From Bacteroidota bacterium (GTDB taxonomy: Bacteria; Bacteroidota; Bacteroidia; NS11-12g; UBA955), in NCBI GenBank assembly GCA_041192805.1, contig JBEEMF010000011.1, positions 1,009-65,008 on the forward strand: DNA of 64,000 nt, given 5' to 3'. Position 1 is the stretch's first letter. Every line of letters starts with the position of its first letter. The notes beneath the pieces were generated by a model. The model saw nothing but the letters and a program-made list of their open reading frames with translations. It was not told the DNA's origin and did not search any database. Shown here piece after piece: positions 20,101 to 28,910 of this stretch. The translations under genes were made by a program, and so were the position numbers.

Positions 20101-20165
20101 AACTGGAACAAACACGCGAGTGCCAGAACAATCGAAAATCCTACAATAGTTTTATTGGTTTTCAT
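17139..20165 (-). CDS. secDF: Protein translocase subunit SecDF (fused)
   Basis: About 1008 aa. The track starts at GTG 20168 and the next codon is ATG 20165 (MKTNKTIVGFSIVLALACLF). SecD and SecF membrane domains are both present (GMAGIILTVGMAVDANVLIYERI; LLGYSINDTVIVFDRIRE). There is an Ala/Thr/Lys-rich low-complexity insert in the periplasmic head. Confidence 0.93.
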   Translation of the reverse strand: MKTNKTIVGFSIVLALACLFQLSFTWKAQGFEKEAKAFAAKAAEKGGDNKEAYRRYIDSLGNQEIYSVGIAGFTYFECKQREINLGLDLRGGMNVILEVDKGAVVKVLSNDSKDRDLNRAIDEANVAVRDNGADFVKAFVASFKKNSPSRNMANLFAKGNKGVIQSNSSEGEVLNYLDVETKSAVDRVYEVVEKRINQSNVTQPTIQKIDGGRISVELPGVDNPRRMEELVEKSAKLEFYEVYGNDGQRRDGTRILNALYKASKMSAAPVTEVPDSASMDSGLVNAAAAPVALATPAATTTAAVADSPKVADNKKKDAKKDEANGSPLAKVLKSFGNDGPGSAIAVVKKADRAVLGKMLEDERYTSVLRVENAKVAYSAKPRDFNADGKEAVNSDEYFVYFLKLDRDGNAALSAEDDNIISDARVNTSPTGELEVSMEMTSKAGTQWAQVTGRNIGKYIAVVLDERVYSAPVVNQKISGGNSQITGNFDIREANDLANVLKAGKLPAPAKIVASEQVGASLGQDSIDRGLNSLLFGFITTILFMVLYYSRAGWMAIVAVLGNVFLIMGVLASMGAALTLPGMAGIILTVGMAVDANVLIYERIKDELAAGKGMKTAIADGFKHAMSAIVDSNITTLLAGFILTFAGAGPAYGFAIILVIGIFSSMFTALFITRLLLDRRADKGLEISFDAPWNKSFLKNSNIDFVSNRKKYYMASGFVILVGLIAFISKGGINTGIDFKGGYSYVVQFDASKKYQTEDIKVALDNAMKGSSNEVKTFGNQGQFRLVTTYMIDAQGQEGRDSVRTAVLTALKGFKLADGDPILSSSKVGAAIATSTRDKSAFLVILTVVGIFLYIVFRFRSIAYGMGATVALIHDVLVVLSFFAILDGVVPFPTDFDQNLIAALLTLLGYSINDTVIVFDRIREFLTSKRVDRNDEALINTAINDTLSRTIITSATVFVVVLILFLFGGDALKGFSLALLIGVVVGTYSSICIATPIVVDFSSKKKQIQ

Positions 20166-20220
20166 CACTATATAAAAGTATCCAAATTATGGAAGCGCGA
20201 AAATAAGGAAAAAAAACAAG

Positions 20221-21312
20221 TTAATGACCTCCCAACGAATTGGCTTGCAATTTTTGCAACAATAATTTTATTTCTTGAGCCGAATAATCCTTCATGCATC
20301 GAAAATGACCCTTTGGACAGGCATCAAAACCCAACTTAGAGCAGGGATGACAGGACAAATCCTTAGGTATAAGATGCAAGACATTATTATTATTAAACCC
20401 GGCAGCAAATCCCAGCCCTGGATCGGTACTGCCCCAAATTACGAGCAATGGTTTATTATATGTGGCCGCAACATGACTAAAACCCGTATCGCCACCTATC
20501 ACAAAATCGCTCAACGCAATACATCTTGAGGAAGTTTCTAAATCAAACACCCCAACCCAATCTACCAATCGATCACCAAACTCCGCCACCAACTCCAACG
20601 CCAGCCCTTTTTCGTTGGCACCACCAATCAAATACCAGTTATTATTGTCCTGACTAAAAATATCCTGCCACACCGATTTCGGTATCTTCTTGGTTTCATA
20701 GGTACCACCTAGAATTGCAACGCCATAACTACCAGGGAAATTCGCTTCACCAAAGGTTGAAAGATCAGCCGGAATAAACTTCTGAGAATCTCCTGAAAAT
20801 CCTGAATATTCAGGAAGTCCGACCGACCAATCCCTGATTTCGATACCCGCACAACCAAGACGTTTCATTAACTGATTGGCCGCATCCAAATAACGTTCCT
20901 GCACGTGAGATACTTTAAATTGAGGCGATTGGGTTTTCACATAAAGCCACCGCGTAAATCGTTTTTTATGATAACCCTTCACTCTCGGAACCAAAGCACC
21001 TCGACACAAATTCGAAACATAATTTAATAAGGATGTGAAGAATATCAGAAACCGAACCCAATACGAACGAAAATTGCAATGCAAATCCAATACCCCATCA
21101 TATTTCTCCGCTTTTAATTTCGCCATGAGGTCGGCTTCACCCCAAGTATAAAATTTATCGACCGCGGCTCCACCATGCAACAAATCTCCCATTTTAGGCT
21201 TGGTGAGCAAATGCACCTCAATCCCAGCAACCGTTCGCATAGCTGTCAAAATCGGCGCGGTAAGAACCACATCGCCCAAGCTGCTCAAACGGATGACTAA
21301 AATTTTCTTCAT
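20221..21312 (-). CDS. Glycosyltransferase family 9 (heptosyltransferase-like)
   Basis: I start at ATG 21312 (MKKILVIRLSSLGDVVLTAPIL), which removes the overlap with the upstream gene. C-terminal GGDTGFSHVAA and CHPCSKLGFDACPKGHFRCM motifs. Confidence 0.75.
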   Translation of the reverse strand: MKKILVIRLSSLGDVVLTAPILTAMRTVAGIEVHLLTKPKMGDLLHGGAAVDKFYTWGEADLMAKLKAEKYDGVLDLHCNFRSYWVRFLIFFTSLLNYVSNLCRGALVPRVKGYHKKRFTRWLYVKTQSPQFKVSHVQERYLDAANQLMKRLGCAGIEIRDWSVGLPEYSGFSGDSQKFIPADLSTFGEANFPGSYGVAILGGTYETKKIPKSVWQDIFSQDNNNWYLIGGANEKGLALELVAEFGDRLVDWVGVFDLETSSRCIALSDFVIGGDTGFSHVAATYNKPLLVIWGSTDPGLGFAAGFNNNNVLHLIPKDLSCHPCSKLGFDACPKGHFRCMKDYSAQEIKLLLQKLQANSLGGH

Positions 21313-21337
21313 GATGCGATTTACTTTATCAGCGATT

Positions 21338-23080
21338 TCACTTTTTACGCTTTGCAAGATACGCTTCAAATTCAACCAAATTCAATGCGTTGAGGGTCTG
21401 CGATGTCTGCAATCCGCCTTTTTGTCCGCTCAAAACCCCAAAATGCATATCTAAATATCCTCTTTTCTCATGGGCATCTGGGTTTACAGAAACCATCACG
21501 CCTTTTTCCATCGCATAATCAACATATCTCCAGTCGATGTCAAGTCGATACGGATGCGCATTCAACTCCAAAGCCACGCCATTCGCAGCACAAGCATCAA
21601 TCACCTTGTGATGATCTATCGGATAACCTTCTCGCATCAAAAGCAATCTCCCGGTGGGATGACCTAATATTGTTGTGTAAGGATTTTCGATGGCTCGCAG
21701 CAAACGGTCCATCGCCTTGTCTTGGGTCATGTTCAAGTTGCTATGTATCGATGCCACAACCATATCGAACCGACCTAAAATCTCTGGCTCGTAATCCAAA
21801 TCGCCATTGCCAAGAATATCGCTTTCTATGCCCTTAAAAATCTTGAAAGGCCAGAGCTGCTGATTCAATGTATCAATCTCTTCAAACTGCTGTAACACCC
21901 GTTCCACCTGCAATCCACGAGCATATCCCGCTGTTTTGGAGTGGTCGCAAATACCCAAATATTCCATCCCAATCTCCATGGCATACAGCGCCATTTCCTC
22001 CACAGAATTGAGTCCATCCGAATAAGTAGTGTGATTGTGAAGCACCCCTTTGATGTCTGAATACTTCAACAACGATGCTTCTTCTACCGGTCTTTCTAAT
22101 TCACGATGTCCTTCGCGGCGGCTAGGCACCACAAAATTGACGCCCTTTGCGGCATAGGTATCAAGGTCGCTGCCTTTCCAATCCGAGGAGGAATATCCAA
22201 GCAGTTCAAGGTGCCTGGCTGCCGCGCCCCCCTCAAACAAAATACGATCGAAATCAGAATGCATCACCACTTCCATTTCGATAACAAACCCTTGTTCATG
22301 CCTCAGGACACCGGCTTCTTCATCCATCGTCCATCCTTCAAAATGGTTCATTCCAGTTTGATTGCTAACGGTACTTGGATCTAAATCGCGACTACATTTA
22401 ACGTTATCGTCGCCGCCTGCGGCGGCAACCTCACACCATTCCGCCGAAGAAATCCCACTCATCTCCATCGCCGTAGTAAGCAGCACCAAATTCTCTATCA
22501 CATCGCTTTTGCGATAATAATCGCTCGTAAATTCATGTCGCTCATCCCCAAAAACCAATCGCATCCCCGCCAAAAACGACTCCGCATAGGGCATCACTCG
22601 GGCCAAATGGAACTTTCCTCTCGCGCCGTATGAAAACTCAATGGCAGCCATAATCGTTTGCTGCGTCTTGTAACCAAATCCACTGACTTCCACCAAGCGA
22701 TTCTGCCTGCAAGCATCAAACAAATCCTCCACATTTTCGATACCCAGTTCCTGCCAAATCATCCTCACTTTTTTTGGTCCAAGACCCTTAACCCCCAACA
22801 TCGCAATCAGCCCGGTGGGCGTAACCGCCAACAAATCCTCCAACGCTGGAAATCTCCTAGAAACACTATACTCCACAATCGCTCTGGCCACCGACTTACC
22901 AACCCCCGGAATCATCAACAGTTGCGATTCTTGCAAATCAGAAAGTGGATCTTTGATTTTTCGCAAATTGAAAGCGCCAGAAGCAAAGGCCTTGTACTTA
23001 AAAGGATTCTCTTCATGCAATTCAGCCAAACTCGCATATAACTGCAAGGCTTTTACGATTTCATGATTATCCACCGACAT
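21338..23080 (-). CDS. PolX-family protein: HhH N-terminus plus PHP phosphoesterase domain, polymerase catalytic motif apparently degenerate
   Basis: 580 aa. HhH motifs MIPGVGKSVARAIV and LGVKGLGPKKVRMIW. PHP motifs VLHNHTTYSDG, ICDHS, ASIHS, LGHPTGR, ELNAHP and SVNPDAH. See finding. Confidence 0.75.
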   Translation of the reverse strand: MSVDNHEIVKALQLYASLAELHEENPFKYKAFASGAFNLRKIKDPLSDLQESQLLMIPGVGKSVARAIVEYSVSRRFPALEDLLAVTPTGLIAMLGVKGLGPKKVRMIWQELGIENVEDLFDACRQNRLVEVSGFGYKTQQTIMAAIEFSYGARGKFHLARVMPYAESFLAGMRLVFGDERHEFTSDYYRKSDVIENLVLLTTAMEMSGISSAEWCEVAAAGGDDNVKCSRDLDPSTVSNQTGMNHFEGWTMDEEAGVLRHEQGFVIEMEVVMHSDFDRILFEGGAAARHLELLGYSSSDWKGSDLDTYAAKGVNFVVPSRREGHRELERPVEEASLLKYSDIKGVLHNHTTYSDGLNSVEEMALYAMEIGMEYLGICDHSKTAGYARGLQVERVLQQFEEIDTLNQQLWPFKIFKGIESDILGNGDLDYEPEILGRFDMVVASIHSNLNMTQDKAMDRLLRAIENPYTTILGHPTGRLLLMREGYPIDHHKVIDACAANGVALELNAHPYRLDIDWRYVDYAMEKGVMVSVNPDAHEKRGYLDMHFGVLSGQKGGLQTSQTLNALNLVEFEAYLAKRKK

Positions 23081-23106
23081 ATATCCTCAAATCAACCCAA
23101 AAGATA

Positions 23107-24246
23107 TCAAATGCCCAAATCCTTTTCAACAACACGCAGAACCTCGTCGGCAACCCAAGAACTCAACGCCACGCCCATTCCCCCCATTCTTACCGCCAAA
23201 CAAACCCTATCACTATGCCATCCAATAATTGGATTCCGATTCTCATTCATCCCCATCACCCCAGACCATTCATAATCAAACTCAACCGCTCGGCCCGGCA
23301 AAACCACCGTTTCTAGGTACGATTTCAAATACAATCGAAACTGATCAGTAACCGCCATATCCATTGTCTCCTCCCCTTCAAAATCCAAATTCCGACCTCC
23401 GCCAATCAATACCCGATCACCCCCCAATTCCCTAAAATAAATATATCCTTTGTCGGCATGAAAAATCCCCTCAAATGGCAACTTCCCCAACGATTTCGTC
23501 ACAAAAACCTGACCCCGCGCAGGCGAAACAGCCAATTCCGGAATCAATCGCTTGCTAAATCCATTGGTACAAATCAACAATCGAGAACACGAAATCTTCA
23601 ACCCACTAGCCAACTGCAATCTAACAAAATCCGTACTTTCCTCCCAATCCAATACCCGCATCCCCTCATAAATCTCAACCCCGGCCTGCAAAGCATCTTC
23701 CCTAACCGCCTTATATAACAGATGACTCTGAAGCCCCCCTTCCAGCGGCGAGAATACTCCCTCCTTCATCACATTCATCCCAGTAGAAATCGTATCGCAA
23801 ACCTCAAAAGAATCTTTACCATGAAACGAACGCAACATCCCATTGAGCCCAGTCAAATGATCAAAAACCCGAACCGCCTCCTCGGCATCGCCCGAGGAAA
23901 AAACTTCCGTCCCACCCGAAGCCTGAAAACCAATCCTTGCAGCACCGTAGCGACCTAACAATTTCTGAATCCCTAAAAACCGCTTTTCATATAACCCCAC
24001 TGCCTCTAACTCACTCGTGCGCGCGATTTCATCCAACATCTCCCCCGCACTGCCAAAACAAGCAAAACCGGCATTCCGCAAACTCGCTGCGTTACCCAAA
24101 GCATATTCATCCAGCACTACAACCCTAGCAGCAGGAAACGATTCCTTAATCCGACGTGCACTTTGAAGTCCCACCAATCCCGCACCAATCACCACCCAAT
24201 CAGCCTTGCCAAAGCCCTGTTGCTCCCAATAGCTGATCGTGTTCAT
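23107..24246 (-). CDS. FAD-dependent oxidoreductase (DAO family)
   Basis: 379 aa. N-terminal Rossmann motif DWVVIGAGLVGLQSA. Confidence 0.75.
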   Translation of the reverse strand: MNTISYWEQQGFGKADWVVIGAGLVGLQSARRIKESFPAARVVVLDEYALGNAASLRNAGFACFGSAGEMLDEIARTSELEAVGLYEKRFLGIQKLLGRYGAARIGFQASGGTEVFSSGDAEEAVRVFDHLTGLNGMLRSFHGKDSFEVCDTISTGMNVMKEGVFSPLEGGLQSHLLYKAVREDALQAGVEIYEGMRVLDWEESTDFVRLQLASGLKISCSRLLICTNGFSKRLIPELAVSPARGQVFVTKSLGKLPFEGIFHADKGYIYFRELGGDRVLIGGGRNLDFEGEETMDMAVTDQFRLYLKSYLETVVLPGRAVEFDYEWSGVMGMNENRNPIIGWHSDRVCLAVRMGGMGVALSSWVADEVLRVVEKDLGI

Positions 24247-24258
24247 CGCAGCGCTACA

Positions 24259-26484
24259 TTAGTTTAAATACGACGCAATCACCTGGTGGTAAGGCTTTGC
24301 AAAAGTCTCCATAGCACCCCAGTTCTCGCCGTTCACACAAATTACCTTATCCGCCAAAACCGTTCCTACATGCGTAGCAACAACACCAGCGTCCGAAGCC
24401 AATTTCATCAAGCGATCCAAACCATCCTGCGACACAGAAACTACAACCCGGCTTTGACTTTCGCCAAACAATCCCGCATCTATACGCAATCCTTTTTCGG
24501 TGCAAACATCAAATCCCTTGCCGCCAGCCATCGCACTCTCCATGCAAGCCACAAACAATCCGCCTTCGCTGATGTCGTGCGCCGATGCAACCGCCTGCTC
24601 CTTCGACAAAGTCTCCAACAACAAATGCAAAGCGTATTCTTCGTCCAAATCAAAGGACGGACATGGGCTATGACTCACGCCTTTTACCTTCGCGATATAC
24701 TGAGAACTGCCTAAATCGTTGCGGGTGGTTCCCAACAATACGATGGCATCGCCAGCACCAGCAAAAGGAATACTCATGCGATGCTCAGGCTGTTCGATGA
24801 TACCCACCATACCAATGGTTGGCGTTGGATACACGGCCTGACCGTTGGTGCTCTGGTTGTAAAAGCTCACGTTTCCTCCTGTTACCGGAGTATCAAATTT
24901 CCGACAAGCTTCGCTCATCCCTTCGATGGCGTTTTTAAATTGATAATAAACCTCCTCGTTATAAGGATTGCCAAAATTCAAACAGTTGGTAATGGCTGTT
25001 GGCACACCACCAGTGCATCGAATATTCCTAGCGGCCTCAGCCACAGCAATCTGCGTCCCCTTATTGGGATCAGCAAATACATATCTACTGTTGCAATCTA
25101 CCGTCAACGCCAAACTCTTTCCAGAACCAACGATTTTCACAACCGCCGCATCAGATGGCAAATTGGTCGATTCGTTAATCGTTCCAACCATCGAATCATA
25201 TTGCTCATAAATCCAACGCTTGCTGGCGATATTGGGCTCATTACACAACTTAATGGCCGCATCTTTTGCTTCTGCTAAACTCAAATCCGCAACCGAATTC
25301 AAATCAAACTTGGCGATTTCTTTCATATATTCGGGCTCAGTCCATGTCCGACGGTATACCGGAGCACCGCCACCCAAAACCAATGATTCCGCAGGAATAT
25401 CGGCTTCAAGCACATCACCCATAAAGTAACGGACATGCTTGGTATCTGTCACCATCCCAATATGCGAATAGGTCAAATCCCACTTCTCCAACACCTTTTC
25501 TACTTCCTTTTCTCTTCCCTTTTCGATGATCACCAACATTCGCTCTTGGCTTTCGCTGAGCAACAACTCCCAACCTTTCATATCGGGCTGACGCATGGGC
25601 ACTTTATCCAACCACACATCCATCCCCACATCGGTCTTTGCACTCATTTCGCTGGTAGAACAAGTAATACCGGCCGCTCCCATGTCTTGCATTCCAACCA
25701 CAGCACCCGTTTCGATAATTTCCATGCTCGCCTCCAAAATCAACTTCTCCCAGAAAGGATCACCCACCTGAACCGATGGCAAATCAGAGATACTGTCTTC
25801 ACTCATATCTTTCGATGCGAAAGCTGCGCCATGAATACCGTCTTTGCCTGTAGCTGAACCAAAGATATAAACTGGATTGCCAGCAGGACCTGCACCGGCA
25901 GAAATACTCTTACCAACACCCACAATACCAACACTCATGGCATTGACTAGGTTGTTTTGCTCATAGCAGTCATCAAAATACACCTCACCACCAACTGTTG
26001 GAATACCAAAAGCATTGCCATAATCGCCGATGCCTTTCACCACGCCTTTCACCAACCACTGCGTACGCGCGGTAGCAATATTTCCAAAACGCAAAGAATT
26101 CAATTGCGCAATAGGCCTTGCGCCCATCGAAAAAATATCTCTATTGATCCCACCCACACCGGTTGCCGCCCCCTGATAAGGCTCAATGGCACTCGGGTGA
26201 TTGTGACTTTCGATTTTGAAACAACAGGCCAACCCATCGCCAATATCTACTAAGCCCGCATTTTCCTCGCCCGCTTCTGCCAACATTTTAGAACCCGACT
26301 TGGGCAATGTCTTTAACCAAACGATGGAGTTTTTATAACTGCAATGCTCGCTCCACATAACAGAGTATATGGAGATTTCCGTAAAATTGGGATGGCGACC
26401 TAGTATGTCGCAAATCTTGTTGAATTCTTCTTCCAACAAACCCAACTGTTTGGCTTGTTCTAGTGTAGCGGGTTGATGTACCAT
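24259..26484 (-). CDS. purL: Phosphoribosylformylglycinamidine synthase subunit PurL
   Basis: 741 aa from ATG 26484; the track's TTG 26493 is 3 codons upstream. SVMWSEHCSYKNS, ESHNHPSAIEPYQGAATGVGGINRDI and LLLSESQERML motifs. Confidence 0.93.
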   Translation of the reverse strand: MVHQPATLEQAKQLGLLEEEFNKICDILGRHPNFTEISIYSVMWSEHCSYKNSIVWLKTLPKSGSKMLAEAGEENAGLVDIGDGLACCFKIESHNHPSAIEPYQGAATGVGGINRDIFSMGARPIAQLNSLRFGNIATARTQWLVKGVVKGIGDYGNAFGIPTVGGEVYFDDCYEQNNLVNAMSVGIVGVGKSISAGAGPAGNPVYIFGSATGKDGIHGAAFASKDMSEDSISDLPSVQVGDPFWEKLILEASMEIIETGAVVGMQDMGAAGITCSTSEMSAKTDVGMDVWLDKVPMRQPDMKGWELLLSESQERMLVIIEKGREKEVEKVLEKWDLTYSHIGMVTDTKHVRYFMGDVLEADIPAESLVLGGGAPVYRRTWTEPEYMKEIAKFDLNSVADLSLAEAKDAAIKLCNEPNIASKRWIYEQYDSMVGTINESTNLPSDAAVVKIVGSGKSLALTVDCNSRYVFADPNKGTQIAVAEAARNIRCTGGVPTAITNCLNFGNPYNEEVYYQFKNAIEGMSEACRKFDTPVTGGNVSFYNQSTNGQAVYPTPTIGMVGIIEQPEHRMSIPFAGAGDAIVLLGTTRNDLGSSQYIAKVKGVSHSPCPSFDLDEEYALHLLLETLSKEQAVASAHDISEGGLFVACMESAMAGGKGFDVCTEKGLRIDAGLFGESQSRVVVSVSQDGLDRLMKLASDAGVVATHVGTVLADKVICVNGENWGAMETFAKPYHQVIASYLN

Positions 26485-26560
26485 GCGCCACAAAATTACA
26501 ACACCGCAAGCGGAGGATGAAATTACTTTTAGATAGTTTTAACCACTACTTACCCACTTT

Positions 26561-28687
26561 CTAGCGCATCAACATGATGGTACCAGAAATGGTTTTGCGA
26601 CGAACGCGATCACCGGTTTTTAATTCATACCGATAAATGAATGTATAAATTCCTTCTTGACATATATCATTCATATAATAGCCATCCCATTCATAAACGT
26701 TCTTCTCGTGGCTATCAAAGACTTTATCACCCCAACGGTTGTATACTAAAAACAATATTGGAACAGCGCCACGACCGAAGATCTTGAAGCTCTCATTACG
26801 ATTATCTCCGTTTGGAGTAAATGCAGTAGGGATAAACAAATCACAATCCCCCATCATCAAATTCACAGTCACATCATCTGTTGCAGATCCGCAAGCATTT
26901 GTTACAGTGCAAGAATATGTACCTGCAGCACTTACATAAATAACAGTATCACTTGAACCTGTACTCCATTTTATCGTAGTATTTGGCAAGAACGGAGCTA
27001 CCAATTTCACCATTGAACCACTGCACAAAACAGTATCCATCGGCAATGAAATTGATGGTGAAACATTGACTTTGATATTGATTGAGTCTGATGCCTTACA
27101 TCCCGCATTATCTACTACGGCACCGTAAGTACCTGGCAATGAAACGGTCTTAATATTTGCTGTAGATCCGTCATTCCACAGAACTGTACCCGGAATCGAA
27201 ACAGTAATATCAGTACTTGCCCCATCACAAAGGGTAGTGTCCTTACCCAAATTCAAAATCGGCTTTGGAGTAATCGTGATATCTGCAGTTGAAGAATCTG
27301 GACAATGCTGATCTTGAACCACATATTTAATCGTCACCTTCCCCGTTTTGGTTGGATAGAAGCTGTTCCCCGTAAATGTCTCTCCCTTGAAAATACCTCC
27401 CGTTGTTTTTGGACTCAGCATAATGGCCGGACCACCTTGACATGCCGTTGCTGGCAAACCGGTAAATGCTGGATCTACATTGGGTTTCACTTTAACGATA
27501 ATTGTATCTTTTCCAGTACAGCCATCTACACTCGTGGCTTCGTGAATAATTGGATAATCTCCAACCGACGGAAACGATTTAGACACTGTTTTAGTAACTG
27601 CCGTTGAACCGCCGCCCAAATCCCACTTAAAACTCACCAATCCTGGAAACTTGTTATCAAAATCAAAAATATTACCAGCCAAACACTGAATAGAATCATT
27701 CACCCAAACACCGGAGGAAGGACTCGCCACTACCTTTACCCACATATTGGCGGTGTCGGTACAACCCGTCTGTTTGTTATCGTAAAGTGTTTCACTCTTA
27801 TAATGAATGCGATATCTACCTGGAGCCAAATAAGACTTGGTCGGATTTGGAATGGTAGCACTGTCTTGGTCATTAAAAAACCAGGTTCGGATGTATGCGC
27901 ACTTTGGAATTTTCGCCAACTGCGTATTGTCATCAAAACGAAAAACGTGTCCGTCAAAGCACTGAACTGTATCATTCGCCTTCTCAAACGGCTTACTCAC
28001 AGGCCGAGGAACAATAAAAATTGCCTTTGGCGTTGTGGCTATATCTAAACAATTTAATGCAGGAGAAGCAACCAAATTGACAGTGAAATTACCTCCTTTA
28101 ACATACGTGTGTGTTGCATTCAACCCAGTATCCTGAGAACCATCGCCATAAATCCAAGTATATTTAACCCAACCGAAATTGGCCGATTTGGTAGAAGTAT
28201 TGGAAAATGTAATTTTATTTGATTTCTCACAACTGTCATTTGTTCCTTTGTGAGTAAATGCAACAGTTAACTTGTGTGTAGTAAAACTAACGGTGGCCGT
28301 TTTTGATGTTAGATAATCTGGACCCGTACCGTCGTGCTCAAAAACAGTGACGTGATAAGTAGTATTTACTTTAAGATTTGTAACAATTACGCTGTTCGTG
28401 ATATTATTGAAAACAGCAAAATTTCCTGTACCCAACTGACCACCGCTTCCGAAATTTGCATTTGCCGAATATGAACTACCATCAGCTGGTGTAGCATCAA
28501 CTGCTGCCGCCTCTTTTACTAATACCAAACGCCATGCTCCATTTCCGCTCGTCCAAGTAAGCTGCGCCGAGTTACACGTAATGGTTCCGGGCTTTAAGTT
28601 AGTAGCCGCTTGCGTAGGTTCAGCCGCCTTCAATTGAATTGAAAGGGAGAATATAACGCAGAGAATCAAAAGTACTTTTTTTACCAT
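26561..28687 (-). CDS. Secreted FN3/PKD-repeat protein with T9SS type-B (gliding-motility-associated) C-terminal domain
   Basis: 708 aa with a signal peptide. FN3-like N-terminus (LTWTSGNGAWRLVLVKE...TTYHVTVFEH). PKD-like repeats. The CTD is FIPTAFTPNGDNRNESFKIFG...VYNRWGDKVFDS...EWDGYY...GIYTFIYRY...GTIMLMR. Confidence 0.85.
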   Translation of the reverse strand: MVKKVLLILCVIFSLSIQLKAAEPTQAATNLKPGTITCNSAQLTWTSGNGAWRLVLVKEAAAVDATPADGSSYSANANFGSGGQLGTGNFAVFNNITNSVIVTNLKVNTTYHVTVFEHDGTGPDYLTSKTATVSFTTHKLTVAFTHKGTNDSCEKSNKITFSNTSTKSANFGWVKYTWIYGDGSQDTGLNATHTYVKGGNFTVNLVASPALNCLDIATTPKAIFIVPRPVSKPFEKANDTVQCFDGHVFRFDDNTQLAKIPKCAYIRTWFFNDQDSATIPNPTKSYLAPGRYRIHYKSETLYDNKQTGCTDTANMWVKVVASPSSGVWVNDSIQCLAGNIFDFDNKFPGLVSFKWDLGGGSTAVTKTVSKSFPSVGDYPIIHEATSVDGCTGKDTIIVKVKPNVDPAFTGLPATACQGGPAIMLSPKTTGGIFKGETFTGNSFYPTKTGKVTIKYVVQDQHCPDSSTADITITPKPILNLGKDTTLCDGASTDITVSIPGTVLWNDGSTANIKTVSLPGTYGAVVDNAGCKASDSINIKVNVSPSISLPMDTVLCSGSMVKLVAPFLPNTTIKWSTGSSDTVIYVSAAGTYSCTVTNACGSATDDVTVNLMMGDCDLFIPTAFTPNGDNRNESFKIFGRGAVPILFLVYNRWGDKVFDSHEKNVYEWDGYYMNDICQEGIYTFIYRYELKTGDRVRRKTISGTIMLMR

Positions 28688-28703
28688 TATTGTAATTCTT
28701 CTT

Positions 28704-28735
28704 CAAAAATACAATGCAAAGACATTGTAAACAAA
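28704..28735 (-). promoter_or_regulatory. Bacteroidota-type promoter TTTG-N20-TATTTTTG for the 708-aa type-B cargo gene
   Basis: Minus strand: TTTG (28735..28732), 20 nt, TATTTTTG (28711..28704). ATG 28687 lies 16 nt downstream. Confidence 0.5.
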
Positions 28736-28910
28736 GTTTTTGTTGTCTGAGGCGTTGAATAATAGGCCTGAAAGTTGATTCTAAACATCTATTTCATTAT
28801 TGAATGAAAAACCACTTTCGTCGGGTGTCTAAATATCCACGCATGCGGATAACTTTCAACATCAAAATCATGCGGATTTTCGCATCTTCGCACCAAATCG
28901 AGCCCATCAT

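Noticed and set aside
21300-26500. Higher GC and G-ending codon usage in the polX-like, FAD-oxidoreductase and purL genes (about 50-57% GC in sampled lines, against about 35% in the adhesin genes); possible horizontal transfer
   Set aside because: No flanking integrase, tRNA or repeats. These genes are core metabolism and repair. The bias matches the window-wide strand asymmetry (minus strand G-rich) and the low-GC, T/N/S-rich composition of the adhesins. Only hand counts on a few lines were made.
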